From an uncultured Alphaproteobacteria bacterium (lineage in GTDB: Bacteria; Pseudomonadota; Alphaproteobacteria; JAJFIK01): a stretch of 64,000 nt of DNA. The notes beneath the pieces are model-generated. The model saw nothing but the letters and a program-made list of their open reading frames with translations. It was not told the origin of the DNA and did no database searches. The stretch lies in NCBI GenBank assembly GCA_964522525.1, contig CAZFWG010000001.1:36341-100340 (forward strand). The letters are read 5' to 3'. The position numbers and the translations under genes are program-made. How positions within the stretch are numbered: position 1 is the stretch's first letter; every line of letters begins with the position of its first letter. Shown here piece by piece: positions 54,543-64,000 of this stretch.

Positions 54543-56327
54543 ATGGCGCAAGCCGCACACAACCTTGGTGATCTGCCGGAATGGGCCTTGGATGACCTTT
54601 ATCGGGGGCCGGAAGACCCGGCCGTGGCGCGGGATCTGACGGCTCTGGAAAAGGAGGTCGCCGACTTCGCCGCGGCTCATGCCGGCAAGGTGACGCAGCT
54701 CGACGGCGAGGGGCTTGCGCGCGCCATTACCGTCTATGAGACCCTTCAGGAAAGGGCCGGCAAATTGTCGAGTTTCGCGGGCCTCCTGTTCGCCGGTGAC
54801 AGCACCGATGCAGCCAATGCCAAATTCTACGCCGACATGCAGGGCAGGCTGACGGGTCTGGCCGGGCAGACCTTGTTTTTTGAACATGAACTCAATGATC
54901 TGACCGATGAGGCCCTGGAAGCCGCCTGCGCGGCAAGTCCCGCCCTTGCCCGTTACCGGCCCTGGCTGCGGCGTTTGCGCACCCTGCGGCCCTATCGTCT
55001 GTCCCAGGACCTTGAACGGCTGAGCCTGGAGCATGGGCAGACGGGCAACGCGGCCTGGACCAGACTCTTCGACCAGACCATGGCCGGGCTGCAAATCGAG
55101 ATTGGCAGCACCTCCCAGACCCTGGTCGAGGCCAGCAATCGGCTGAGCGATCCGGAACGCCCGGTCCGTGAGGCCGCCGCGCGCGCCATTGAAGCGGAAG
55201 CCCGGCGGAACCATCCGCTGCTCGGCCTTGTGTTCAATACGCTGATCAAGGACAAGGCCATCGATGATCGTTGGCGCAAGCTCGAAGGGCCGACTCAGGC
55301 GCGCCATTTGTCCAATGATGTGGACGGGGAGGTGGTCGAGGCGCTGGCCGAGGCGGTCAAGGCGGCCTACGCGCCGATCTCCCACCGTTATTACGCGTGG
55401 AAGGCCAAGGCGCTGGGCTTTGAGCGGCTGGCCCATTGGGATCGTCTGGCGCCCTTGCCGGACCACGATGATCGCACCATTCCTTGGTCCCAGGCCCAGG
55501 AGATCGTGCTTGAGGCCTTTGGCCGTTTCTCTCCCCGCATGGCGGAACTGGGCGCCCGCTTTTTCGAGTGCTCCTGGATCGATGCGCCGCCCCGCGCGGG
55601 CAAGGCGGGCGGGGCCTTTTCCCACCCCACCGTGCCCAGTGCGCATCCTTACATTCTGTTGAACTACCAGGGGCGCACCCGCGACGTCATGACCCTGGCC
55701 CATGAGCTGGGCCATGGGGTGCACCAATTATTGGCGGCGGAACAGGGACTTCTTCTGTCCTCGACGCCCCTGACCCTTGCCGAAACCGCCAGCGTTTTCG
55801 GGGAGATGCTGACCTTCCAGGCGCTCCTCGACCGAGAGAGCGATCCGGCGCGCCGCCGACATCTTCTCGCCGCCAAGATTGAAGACAAAATCGGCACGGT
55901 GGTGCGGCAGATTGCCTTTTACGAATTCGAGAAGGCGGCCCATCTGGCGGCCCGGGACGGGGAGCTGCGGCCTGAGGATTTCGATCGGTTGTGGCGGGAA
56001 ACCCAGGAAGCGGCGCTGGGCCCTGCAATGGATTTGGACGGCTATGATGGATTTTGGTGCCTGGTGCCCCATTTCATTCATGCGCCCTTCTATGTGTATG
56101 CCTATGCCTTCGGGGACGGGCTGGTGAATGTGCTCTATGATCTGTATGCAGATAGTGATGACATGTTCGTGGACCGGTATCTGGGCCTGCTCGCCGCCGG
56201 GGGCGCACGGCGATACGACGAAGCCCTGGCGCCGTTCGGGCTTGATGCCCGGGATCCGGCGTTTTGGGCGCGGGGGCTTGGCGTCATCGGGCGCATGCTG
56301 GATCAGCTTGAGGACATGGATGGCTGA
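54543..56327 (+). CDS. M3 family oligoendopeptidase (PepF-like)
   Basis: Zinc motif HELGHGVH with a downstream Glu ligand. 594 aa. AAGGAG RBS. Confidence 0.85.
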   Translation: MAQAAHNLGDLPEWALDDLYRGPEDPAVARDLTALEKEVADFAAAHAGKVTQLDGEGLARAITVYETLQERAGKLSSFAGLLFAGDSTDAANAKFYADMQGRLTGLAGQTLFFEHELNDLTDEALEAACAASPALARYRPWLRRLRTLRPYRLSQDLERLSLEHGQTGNAAWTRLFDQTMAGLQIEIGSTSQTLVEASNRLSDPERPVREAAARAIEAEARRNHPLLGLVFNTLIKDKAIDDRWRKLEGPTQARHLSNDVDGEVVEALAEAVKAAYAPISHRYYAWKAKALGFERLAHWDRLAPLPDHDDRTIPWSQAQEIVLEAFGRFSPRMAELGARFFECSWIDAPPRAGKAGGAFSHPTVPSAHPYILLNYQGRTRDVMTLAHELGHGVHQLLAAEQGLLLSSTPLTLAETASVFGEMLTFQALLDRESDPARRRHLLAAKIEDKIGTVVRQIAFYEFEKAAHLAARDGELRPEDFDRLWRETQEAALGPAMDLDGYDGFWCLVPHFIHAPFYVYAYAFGDGLVNVLYDLYADSDDMFVDRYLGLLAAGGARRYDEALAPFGLDARDPAFWARGLGVIGRMLDQLEDMDG

Positions 56328-56335
56328 GGACATCG

Positions 56336-57679
56336 ATGGCTGAAGACAAGGCAAGTTTCGGAGGGCGCCTGACCCGTTATGCGCGGGTCGGTGCCGGTGT
56401 CGGCGGGGTCGCAGCGCGGATGGCCGGTGCGCGGATCCTGGGGAACGGACCGGATCACGCCCGTCACGCGGCGGATCTCAAGACGGCGCTTGGCGGCCTC
56501 AAGGGACCGCTCATGAAAGTGGCCCAGATTCTAGCCACCATCCCCGATGTGGTGCCGCCGGAATATGCAAGCGAGCTTGCCGAACTCCAGACCAACGCGC
56601 CGCCCATGGGCTGGTCGTTCGTCCGCCGGCGCATGAAGGCGGAGCTGGGCCCCGACTGGCAGGCCCGCTTCGCCGAGTTCGGCCACGAGGCCGCCGCCGC
56701 GGCGTCCCTCGGGCAGGTGCACAAGGCCCGTGGCCTCGATGGCCAGGCTCTTGCCTGCAAACTTCAGTATCCGGATATGCAATCCGCCGTGGAAGCGGAT
56801 CTGAGCCAGCTCAAGATCATCTTCTCCCTTTACCGGCGCATGGACAGCGCCATCGACCCCACCCAGATCGGGGAGGAGCTCGGCGCAAGGCTGCGGGAGG
56901 AGTTGGACTATGAGCGGGAAGCGGCCCATATGCGTATGTACAGCGCCATGCTGGCCTCCATTCCCGCCATCACCGTGCCCGAAGTGATCGATGATCTGTC
57001 CACGGCGCGCCTTTTGACCATGACCTGGCTTGAGGGGCGTCCGGTGCTCACGGCCAAGGACGCGCCGCTTGAGGAGCGCAATCATCTGGCCACGGCCCTG
57101 TTCCAGGCCTGGTGGCTGCCCTTTGCCCGCTATGCGGCGATTCATGGCGACCCTCATCTGGGCAACTATGCGATCCGCGCCGACGGGACGGGGATCAACC
57201 TGCTTGATTTCGGATGTGTCCGGATCTTCCCCGCCAGTTTTGTGCAAGGCGTGATCGATCTCTATCGCGGCATTCTGTCGAATGACCGGGATCTGATCGT
57301 CGCGGCCTATGAGCGCTGGGGCTTTCAAGGCCTCTCCAACGAACTCATTGATGCACTGACAATCTGGGCGGAGTTCATCTACCGGCCGCTGCTCGATGAT
57401 CGGGTGCGCACCGTGGCCGACGGCATCGCGCCGGGCGATTACGGACGTCGGGAAGCCTTTCAGGTCCACCAGGCCTTGCGGGAGCATGGCCCCGTGACGC
57501 CGCCCCGGGAATTCGTGTTCATGGACCGGGCAGCCATCGGGCTGGGCGCCGTGTTCCTCCATCTGGGGGCGGAGCTCAACTTCTTTCGCCTGTTCAACGA
57601 GGCGATCGATGCTTTCTCGGTCGATGCGGTGGCACAGGCGCAAGCCCAGGCAATGAGCGACGCCCGCGTGCCGGTTTGA
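56336..57679 (+). CDS. ABC1/UbiB/AarF family atypical kinase
   Basis: ABC1 signature ASLGQVHKA...HGDPHLGN...DFG. Confidence 0.75.
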   Translation: MAEDKASFGGRLTRYARVGAGVGGVAARMAGARILGNGPDHARHAADLKTALGGLKGPLMKVAQILATIPDVVPPEYASELAELQTNAPPMGWSFVRRRMKAELGPDWQARFAEFGHEAAAAASLGQVHKARGLDGQALACKLQYPDMQSAVEADLSQLKIIFSLYRRMDSAIDPTQIGEELGARLREELDYEREAAHMRMYSAMLASIPAITVPEVIDDLSTARLLTMTWLEGRPVLTAKDAPLEERNHLATALFQAWWLPFARYAAIHGDPHLGNYAIRADGTGINLLDFGCVRIFPASFVQGVIDLYRGILSNDRDLIVAAYERWGFQGLSNELIDALTIWAEFIYRPLLDDRVRTVADGIAPGDYGRREAFQVHQALREHGPVTPPREFVFMDRAAIGLGAVFLHLGAELNFFRLFNEAIDAFSVDAVAQAQAQAMSDARVPV

Positions 57680-57716
57680 TCAGGCGGCGGTGCTATCTGT
57701 GTCCTCTCTCTCGGCC

Positions 57717-58940
57717 TCAAAGATAAGAGAACAGGACGGATTGGCTCCGCCGCTTCACCCCCGCATACCAGGCGCATAGCGGAGTGAGCAGCGCGACCAC
57801 CAACAGCCACAGGCCGAAAACGGCCCAGAGCGAGACGCCGAATTCCTTGGGAAGCATGAAGAACCAGGGCTGCATCTGCGCCAGGGAGAAGCCCTGGGCG
57901 AGGCCCAGAAGGATCGCGATCCCATGGATCAAGAACAGATGCAGGACATAGTAGAAGAGAGGAACCCGCCCGATGGTGGCCAGGACACGGGCAACGGGCC
58001 CGCGGCTTTGTTCCGTCCACGCTAGGAAAAGAAAAGCGGGCCCCAGCGTCATCAGCAGATAGGCCAGCGAGGATGGGTATTTGGTGGTGTTCAGGAACGA
58101 CAGTACCGTGAATATGGAGCTTTCCTGACCGGTCCAAGGGCTGGGATCGCCATAGCCATTGAGGCCCCGCACGACAAAAAAGCCTGCCGTAAACAGGAAC
58201 CCGAGCGAGAGCAGGACCCGGCGCCTCAGGATCTCAGGCACGCCGTAAAGGCCACTCAGCCCATAACCCAGACCAATAACTCCGATCAATGGAATCAAGG
58301 GATAGAGCGCAAAAGGTGACCATCCGCCCACGGTGACCACCGCTTGCGCATGGAGGATTTTCCAAAAGCCCGACGGCAGACCCGTTGCCGCCTCAAAGCC
58401 GTCAGGTGTGATGCCGTCGAGCAGATTGTGCCCGAAAATGATGGCCAGGCTGAGAGCGATCAGCGCCATTCTCGGCAGCCAGAGCAATCCGGCCAGGACG
58501 ATCATGGAAGCGCCGATGGCCCAGATGATGCCCAGGACTGCCGTCTGATAGAAATCGAGGGTCATGTTCCAGGCGAACAGGATAATGGTCAGCTCAAGGA
58601 AAATGAGCCACAAACCACGGGTGATGAGAAAGCGGGCCTGATCGATCCGGGATCTGCCCGACAACGCTGACAGGCCGGCGCCAAGTCCCGCGAGAAGGAC
58701 AAAGATCGGCGCGCAGTAATGGGTGATCCACCGGGTCAGGAACAACAAGGGGGAGGTCTGGTCCAGATCCGTCGGGATGAAGAGACGGGCCTCCACATGC
58801 ATGTAATCGCGGACATGGTCGAGGGCCATGATCACCATCACGAGACCCCGGAGGATATCGACGGAAGACACTCGGGCGAGGTCCTCCGTCACTATGGAAA
58901 TGGCGGTGCGCACGCCCGCCGGAGCTGTAATACCTGCCAT
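57717..58940 (-). CDS. Acyltransferase-family polytopic membrane protein (DUF1624 / heparan-alpha-glucosaminide N-acetyltransferase-like)
   Basis: N-terminal [24 protein letters not shown] motif and about 10 TM helices. Confidence 0.6.
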   Translation of the reverse strand: MAGITAPAGVRTAISIVTEDLARVSSVDILRGLVMVIMALDHVRDYMHVEARLFIPTDLDQTSPLLFLTRWITHYCAPIFVLLAGLGAGLSALSGRSRIDQARFLITRGLWLIFLELTIILFAWNMTLDFYQTAVLGIIWAIGASMIVLAGLLWLPRMALIALSLAIIFGHNLLDGITPDGFEAATGLPSGFWKILHAQAVVTVGGWSPFALYPLIPLIGVIGLGYGLSGLYGVPEILRRRVLLSLGFLFTAGFFVVRGLNGYGDPSPWTGQESSIFTVLSFLNTTKYPSSLAYLLMTLGPAFLFLAWTEQSRGPVARVLATIGRVPLFYYVLHLFLIHGIAILLGLAQGFSLAQMQPWFFMLPKEFGVSLWAVFGLWLLVVALLTPLCAWYAGVKRRSQSVLFSYL

Positions 58941-59092
58941 GTTACGCGCCTGGTTCCTGTCCGCTTAAAGACCGACGGGATAACACAGGGTCTGTCATCG
59001 GCCTAGGGCCTGGGGCGGATACCCACTTTCGAGGACGGATCCATCCTTGTAGAATTAAGGGAACAAACAGCAGCCAGCGGAACAGCCTGCCC

Positions 59093-59533
59093 ATGACCGA
59101 CGATCTCTTGGCCGACCGGGACTATGCGATACTGGCGGGATTCAGCCAGATGAACTGGGTGCGCGGTTTCGGCCGCCAGATTGGTCCCCTTTATGAACGC
59201 ATCGAGGGGGACGGCACCTATGTCCGGGGGTTTTATGTCGCCGAGCACCACACCAATGGCATGATGAACTGCCATGGCGGCATGCTCATGGCCTTTGCCG
59301 ATGTGGCCTTCGGCCATTGCGTGTCGATCCGCTATCCGTCCCGTTTCTGGGTGACCGTGCGCCTTCTGACGGATTTCGTGTCCGCCGCGCGGCTCGGCGA
59401 TTGGGTCGAAGGCACGGGCGAGATCATGGGGGAACAGGATGATATCCTTTCCGTCCGGGGACAGATCTGGTCTGGGGAGCGGACATTGATGACCGGCACC
59501 GGCGTCTTCAAGGTGCTGGGGGACCGCGGTTGA
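59093..59533 (+). CDS. PaaI-family hotdog thioesterase
   Basis: [22 protein letters not shown] motif. Confidence 0.75.
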   Translation: MTDDLLADRDYAILAGFSQMNWVRGFGRQIGPLYERIEGDGTYVRGFYVAEHHTNGMMNCHGGMLMAFADVAFGHCVSIRYPSRFWVTVRLLTDFVSAARLGDWVEGTGEIMGEQDDILSVRGQIWSGERTLMTGTGVFKVLGDRG

Positions 59534-59564
59534 CGGCGCATTGATAGAAGGATCACCCCCATAG

Positions 59565-60074
59565 ATGATGACGGCAGCCTATTTCCAGATGCTTGCCCGG
59601 TATAATCGGTGGGCGAATGGTCTTCTCTATGATATGGCGGCGATCCTGCCCGAGGAGGCTTATGTCCAGGATCGGGGGGCGTTTTTCGGATCCCTCCATG
59701 GCACCATGAACCATATTCTGGTGGCGGATCGCATCTGGCTTGCGCGCTTCACGGGAAGGCCCAATCCGGACGTTGGCCTGGATGATATTCTTTATGCGGA
59801 TCTGAAGAGCCTGCGTGAGGCAAGGGTGTGGGAAGACGCCTATATCATTGATTTGATGAACAGGGTGGGCGACGATCAACTCTCCGGGATCTTGGAATAC
59901 AAGAGCATGGCCGGGCAGGCGGGGCAGATCCCTCTCGCCAAGGCCTTCGGCCATTTCTTCAACCATCAGACCCATCACCGGGGCCACTGCCATTGCATGT
60001 TGTCCCAGGCGGGGCTCAAGCCGCCCCAATTCGATCTTCTGTATTTCAATGATGACGAGGACGGAAAGCCTTGA
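59565..60074 (+). CDS. DinB-family (DinB_2) protein
   Basis: His triad in a four-helix bundle (HGTMNHIL, FNHQTHHRGH). Confidence 0.7.
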   Translation: MMTAAYFQMLARYNRWANGLLYDMAAILPEEAYVQDRGAFFGSLHGTMNHILVADRIWLARFTGRPNPDVGLDDILYADLKSLREARVWEDAYIIDLMNRVGDDQLSGILEYKSMAGQAGQIPLAKAFGHFFNHQTHHRGHCHCMLSQAGLKPPQFDLLYFNDDEDGKP

Positions 60075-61090
60075 CCGACAGTGCCTCCCCCGACGCGCCG
60101 CGCGTAAGTCCAATTCCCGAAGGTTCCAAGGAAGGGCCGCTTGCCCCGTTCCGTGGGCAACAGGTGCCGGCGCCCGATTGGTTCGCCCGGGCCATTGCTC
60201 AAGGGGGAACGCCGGGCACCGTCGAGGTCGAAGGCGCACGGGTCAGCTATCGCACCTGGGGACAACCCCATCGCCCCGGTCTCCTGCTCACCCATGGCAA
60301 CGGCGCCCATGAACATTGGTGGGACTTCATCGCGCCCTATCTCGCGCGGGACTATCACGTCGTGGCCATGACCTTGAGCGGCATGGGGGACAGCGACTGG
60401 CGCGAGAGCTATTCCATGGAAGTCTTCGCGCGGGAACAAATGGCCGTATGCGAAGCGACGGGCCTGTTCGATCATGAGGTGCCGCCCATTGTGGTCGGGC
60501 ACAGCTTCGGCGGCTTCGTCACCATCTTGACGGGCGCCCTCTATGGTGAACGGCTTTCCGGCACGGTGCTCGTAGACAGTCCGGTCAATCCCCCGGACCG
60601 GCATTCCGGCGGGCCGCCGCGGGGGCCGCGACCCAATCGGGTCTATCCGGATCTGGCGAGCGGGCTCGCCCGCTTCCGCCTTGCGCCGCCCCAGGAATGC
60701 GAAAATCTCTACATCGTCGATCACATCGCGCGCCGGTCCTTGAAACCGGTCGAAGGCGGATGGACGTGGAAATTCGACCCCAATATCTGGCAGCGCTTTT
60801 CCATCGGCAACACGTCGAACCGCCTGCGGGAGACACGCTGCCGGATCGGCATTTTCCGGGGTGAGTATTCGGTGATCTTTCCGCCCGATGTGGGGGACTA
60901 CATGTTCGGCCTGCTCGGCCACGCGGTGCCGGTGATCGAGATTCCGGAAGCGCGCCACCACATCATGCTCGATCAGCCCCTGGCCTTTGTTTCGGCGCTC
61001 CGGGCCCTGCTCACCGATTGGGACCATTCCCAGGCCAACCGTGTGCCGCCCCAACTGGTGAGCGATCCCATGGCCGCGCTGGATGAATAA
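60071..61090 (+). CDS. Alpha/beta hydrolase
   Basis: Oxyanion loop LLTHGNGAHE and nucleophile elbow GHSFGG. ATGA overlap with the DinB gene. Confidence 0.75.
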   Translation: MTDSASPDAPRVSPIPEGSKEGPLAPFRGQQVPAPDWFARAIAQGGTPGTVEVEGARVSYRTWGQPHRPGLLLTHGNGAHEHWWDFIAPYLARDYHVVAMTLSGMGDSDWRESYSMEVFAREQMAVCEATGLFDHEVPPIVVGHSFGGFVTILTGALYGERLSGTVLVDSPVNPPDRHSGGPPRGPRPNRVYPDLASGLARFRLAPPQECENLYIVDHIARRSLKPVEGGWTWKFDPNIWQRFSIGNTSNRLRETRCRIGIFRGEYSVIFPPDVGDYMFGLLGHAVPVIEIPEARHHIMLDQPLAFVSALRALLTDWDHSQANRVPPQLVSDPMAALDE

Positions 61091-61093
61091 CCC

Positions 61094-62326
61094 TTACGGA
61101 CGATACCGGGCGAGGGCCGTTTCCGGCACGCGGGCCACGGCAATATGCTTGGGCGCCCGGCCGACCGGGATCCGGGCGATCTCCCTTCCGTCGGCATAGG
61201 AGATGACGGAAACATCATCACTGCGATTGTTGGCGAGAACGCAAAGATCCCCTTGCGGACTGTTGACGGACCAGCTCGGCGCGTCGCCCACGGGGATGAT
61301 TGCGCGGGGCTCAAGCGTGTCGGTCGCCACAAGCGCGGCATAGTCCGAGGCCCGTCCCGCAAGGCACAGGGTGCTTTCATCGGGCGACAGGGCAAGTCCG
61401 TGATGGGGTGCCTCGAAATCCCAATCCGCTTCCGTCACGCCGTCCTTCACCGGCAATGTCGTGCGGGCGGTCTCGCGTTCCGCCTCCAGATCATAGGCGA
61501 TGACGTCGTGGACATTGGAAAGCTGGGCGAAAAGGCGGGTTTCATTCCGGGTGACCGCAAAGGGACGGATGCCGGCAGAAAAGCGTATGCGTTTGAGGAT
61601 TTCCAGGCTCTGCGCGTCCGCCACGGTCAACTGATACGCATAGCCCTGGCGGTCGGTGGCTTCTCCCACATTGTCCCGCTGCGTCACCTCGATCCTGGCA
61701 TCACCCAGACTGGCATTGTAGACCCGCGCGCCATCTTCCGAGACATGGACGTCATGGGGAAAGGTGCCGGTCACGAAGGATCCGATCCTGCGGGCGCTCG
61801 CGGTGTCGATCACCTCGACCCGATTGGCGGTCAGGGCCGAGACGAAAAGCTTTTTGCCGTCGGGTGAGATCGCCATATGATCGGCACGGAAACCACCGAT
61901 CGCGAGGCGCCACATCAGGGCGCCGCTGGCGACATCAAAGGCCGCCACATCGCCCAGATGTCCCCGGGAGACGTACAGAACCCGGCCGTCCGGCGAAACA
62001 TCCGCATCTTGAGCATAGTTGAGGCCCGAGCGCTCCACGATCGGCTGTCCGATCATCTGGAGGGGATCGCGGAAAAAGCCGACCCGCTTGCCGTCGGGCG
62101 TGACATCAATGGTGCCGATGACGGCACGGCCATTCAGGTCGATCAGGCTGACACTACCCTCGACCGCGTTTGAGACAAAGGCGATATCGCGGGTCGGGCC
62201 TTGCGGTGTGGGCGCCGTTGTCATGGGGCCTGAGCCGACTTGGCTCTCCTGGTAAAAGCTCACGCCCGCAAACCCGGCGATAACCAGGAAAAGAATAAGA
62301 ACGGGCAGGGCCAGGCGACGTCCCAT
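61094..62326 (-). CDS. YncE/YVTN-type beta-propeller protein (lactonase-like), secreted
   Basis: Signal peptide MGRRLALPVLILFLVIAG. Repeated ~40-aa blades (VSPDGRVLYVS, ISPDGKKLFVS, VSEDGARVYNAS, LSPDESTLCLAG). GGAGG RBS before the ATG at 62326. Confidence 0.65.
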   Translation of the reverse strand: MGRRLALPVLILFLVIAGFAGVSFYQESQVGSGPMTTAPTPQGPTRDIAFVSNAVEGSVSLIDLNGRAVIGTIDVTPDGKRVGFFRDPLQMIGQPIVERSGLNYAQDADVSPDGRVLYVSRGHLGDVAAFDVASGALMWRLAIGGFRADHMAISPDGKKLFVSALTANRVEVIDTASARRIGSFVTGTFPHDVHVSEDGARVYNASLGDARIEVTQRDNVGEATDRQGYAYQLTVADAQSLEILKRIRFSAGIRPFAVTRNETRLFAQLSNVHDVIAYDLEAERETARTTLPVKDGVTEADWDFEAPHHGLALSPDESTLCLAGRASDYAALVATDTLEPRAIIPVGDAPSWSVNSPQGDLCVLANNRSDDVSVISYADGREIARIPVGRAPKHIAVARVPETALARYRP

Positions 62327-62521
62327 GGGGGCCTCCGTTGATTGGGCTCGGTGAAGTGTCCGTGATCGCGGCGGGGCCCACAAGATGGGTTTGTGGCTGC
62401 GGCTCCCTTGCGATTGCGGCCCGGGGCGCCTTTGTTATGATCCGGCCCGAATTTGGTTCGCGGATCAGTGGGGCAAACCATGGAACAGGATCAGGGGCCG
62501 CCGGCCCGACGGGAGAGCAAA

Positions 62522-62704
62522 ATGAATATGACGGAACACCAAAAGACCTGGGACGGTTTCATGGCCGTGGCCAAAGTCTCCACGCTGGTGGTCGGCGCGC
62601 TTATCGCCCTTCTCACGGCCTGGCTGGGCGCGGGCGTGCCCTTTTTCTCGGCCCTGGTCGGCGTGGTGTTGATCTCGGCCGTGATCGCCTATCTCTTCCG
62701 CTGA
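62522..62704 (+). CDS. Small membrane protein resembling bacterial aa3-type cytochrome c oxidase subunit IV (COX4_pro_2-like)
   Basis: MNMTEHQKTWDGFMAVAKVSTLVVGALIALL has the H-x3-W/Y-xGF pattern plus one TM helix. GGAGAG RBS. Lies directly upstream of pntAA. Confidence 0.5.
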   Translation: MNMTEHQKTWDGFMAVAKVSTLVVGALIALLTAWLGAGVPFFSALVGVVLISAVIAYLFR

Positions 62705-62815
62705 AGGTGCGCCTGTGATGGCGGTCGGAGACCGCTGATTTGGCTTTGGCCCCGCAAGGCGGCACACTCTGAAATTCGTCACTGGGACGCCGCTTGCGAA
62801 AAGGGCTGATCATCC

Positions 62816-63958
62816 ATGAAAATTGCCATTCCCACCGAAACCCGCCCCTATGAGACCCGGGTGGCGGCCTCGCCGGAAACCGTCGGCAAATATGTTGCCT
62901 TGGGCGCCGAGGTCGTGGTGCAGCAGGGCGCGGGCGCCAATGCCCGCTTTCTCGACGGCGCCTTTGAGGAGGCCGGGGCGCGCATCGCGCCTGACTACGG
63001 GGCGACGGTGGGGGCGGCGGACATGGTGCTGAAGGTGGCGCCGCCGACGGAAGAGGAAGTGGGCGGGCTGCGGGCCGGCAGCATGCTTGTCAGCCTCCTC
63101 AATCCCTTCAATGAAAAGGACATGATGGCGGGCCTGGCGCGGCAGTCCGTGACGGGTTTCGCCATGGAATTCATGCCTCGGATCACCCGGGCCCAAAGCA
63201 TGGATGTGCTGTCCTCCCAATCCAATCTCGCGGGCTACATCGCCGTGATCGAGGCGGCGTCCCTGTTCAATCGCGCCTTTCCCCAGATGATGACCGCCGC
63301 CGGGACCATTGCGCCGGCCAAGGTATTTGTCATGGGGGCCGGGGTCGCCGGGCTTCAGGCCATCGCGACCGCCAAGCGTCTTGGCGCGCAGGTCAGCGCG
63401 ACGGATGTGCGTCCGGCCGCCCGGGAGCAGGTCGAGAGCCTTGCCGCCAAATTCGTGATGGTCGAAAGCGAGGAGACTCGCGAGGCCGAGACGGCCGGGG
63501 GTTATGCCCGCGAGATGAGCGAGGATTACCGTCAACGCCAGGCCGAACTGATCGCCCAGACCATCGCCAAACAGGACATCGTGATCACGACGGCCCTCAT
63601 TCCCGGCCGGCCGGCTCCCGTGCTTGTCACCGACGAGATGGTGGCGAGCATGGCGCCGGGCTCCGTGATCGTGGATCTGGCTGTGGAGCAGGGGGGCAAC
63701 TGCACCCTGTCCCAATTGGCGCAGGTGATCGACGTCCATGGCGTGACGATTGCCGGCTTCGCCAATATGCCGGGCATGGTGGCCGCCGATGCCTCATCTC
63801 TCTATGCCCGCAATCTCCACAATTTTCTGGCGCTCATGATCGACAAGGAGGCCGGTGCCTTCGCCGTCGACTGGGAGGACGAGATCATCCAGGCCACCGT
63901 GGTGACGCGGGACGGGGCGATCGTGCATCCTTCCCTGACCGAGGCCCAGGCGCGCTGA
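62816..63958 (+). CDS. pntAA: NAD(P) transhydrogenase subunit alpha part 1 (dI, NAD(H)-binding)
   Basis: MKIAIPTETRPYETRVAASPETV start and GAGVAGLQAIATAKRLGA Rossmann motif. Ends after the dI domain (380 aa), as in Rhodospirillum-type split PntA. Confidence 0.85.
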   Translation: MKIAIPTETRPYETRVAASPETVGKYVALGAEVVVQQGAGANARFLDGAFEEAGARIAPDYGATVGAADMVLKVAPPTEEEVGGLRAGSMLVSLLNPFNEKDMMAGLARQSVTGFAMEFMPRITRAQSMDVLSSQSNLAGYIAVIEAASLFNRAFPQMMTAAGTIAPAKVFVMGAGVAGLQAIATAKRLGAQVSATDVRPAAREQVESLAAKFVMVESEETREAETAGGYAREMSEDYRQRQAELIAQTIAKQDIVITTALIPGRPAPVLVTDEMVASMAPGSVIVDLAVEQGGNCTLSQLAQVIDVHGVTIAGFANMPGMVAADASSLYARNLHNFLALMIDKEAGAFAVDWEDEIIQATVVTRDGAIVHPSLTEAQAR

Positions 63959-64000
63959 CAGCCGCGCAGGGTCCGTTCGCCGGCAAATGCATGGTTGTCA

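Noticed and set aside
54522-57643. Minus-strand ORFs 54522..55727 (401 aa), 55728..56354 and 56531..57643 (370 aa)
   Set aside because: Antisense to the M3 peptidase and ABC1 kinase genes, which carry diagnostic motifs (HELGHGVH; ABC1 signature).
1-64000. CRISPR arrays, IS elements, integrases, tRNA or rRNA genes
   Set aside because: No regularly spaced direct repeats, transposase or integrase motifs, terminal inverted repeats, or tRNA-like cloverleaf segments were recognisable on either strand. The only tandem repeat noticed is a 15-bp x2 duplication (gaaacaccaagaccg / gaaacacccagaccg, ~19698..19727) inside the sulfotransferase tail coding sequence.
63962-64000. Possible start of pntAB (atgcatggttgtca) at the window edge
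   Set aside because: Only about 4 codons are visible. Insufficient to call.

Overview
This is a high-GC (~65%) alphaproteobacterial chromosomal window, probably Rhodospirillales-like given the split pntAA and the solo motA. It is densely coding on both strands with no rRNA, tRNA, CRISPR array or obvious mobile element. Gene content is mostly metabolic and accessory. (1) A minus-strand catabolic block (1..6920) carries an APH-like phosphotransferase (5' partial), two enoyl-CoA hydratases, a TonB-dependent receptor and a cytochrome P450. (2) A MacAB-like tripartite ABC efflux operon (7031..11845) is preceded by a family-3 solute-binding protein. (3) A second TonB-dependent receptor sits next to a CocE/NonD hydrolase. 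(4) A NodH-like sulfotransferase is fused to a ~650-aa Pro/Ala/Glu-rich disordered tail. (5) Housekeeping and standalone genes include hisI, pyk, rpmJ (zinc-independent type B, missed by the ORF track), motA, gapR and pntAA. (6) There is a VapBC toxin-antitoxin pair, a divergent TetR-SDR pair, an orphan sigma-54 activator and an orphan hybrid histidine kinase. The most unusual region is a divergently organised cluster at 23605..30306. It encodes three separate Rieske [2Fe-2S] domains, each fused to a different partner: a TPP-dependent acetolactate-synthase-like enzyme, an FMN-binding glutamate-synthase-like domain, and a ferric-reductase-like di-heme transmembrane domain. Three small membrane proteins and a Cys-motif membrane-anchored protein are translationally coupled to them. 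I interpret this as a candidate undescribed membrane-linked electron-transfer/oxidoreductase system. Many long ORFs in the six-frame track are antisense artefacts of the high GC content and were rejected.
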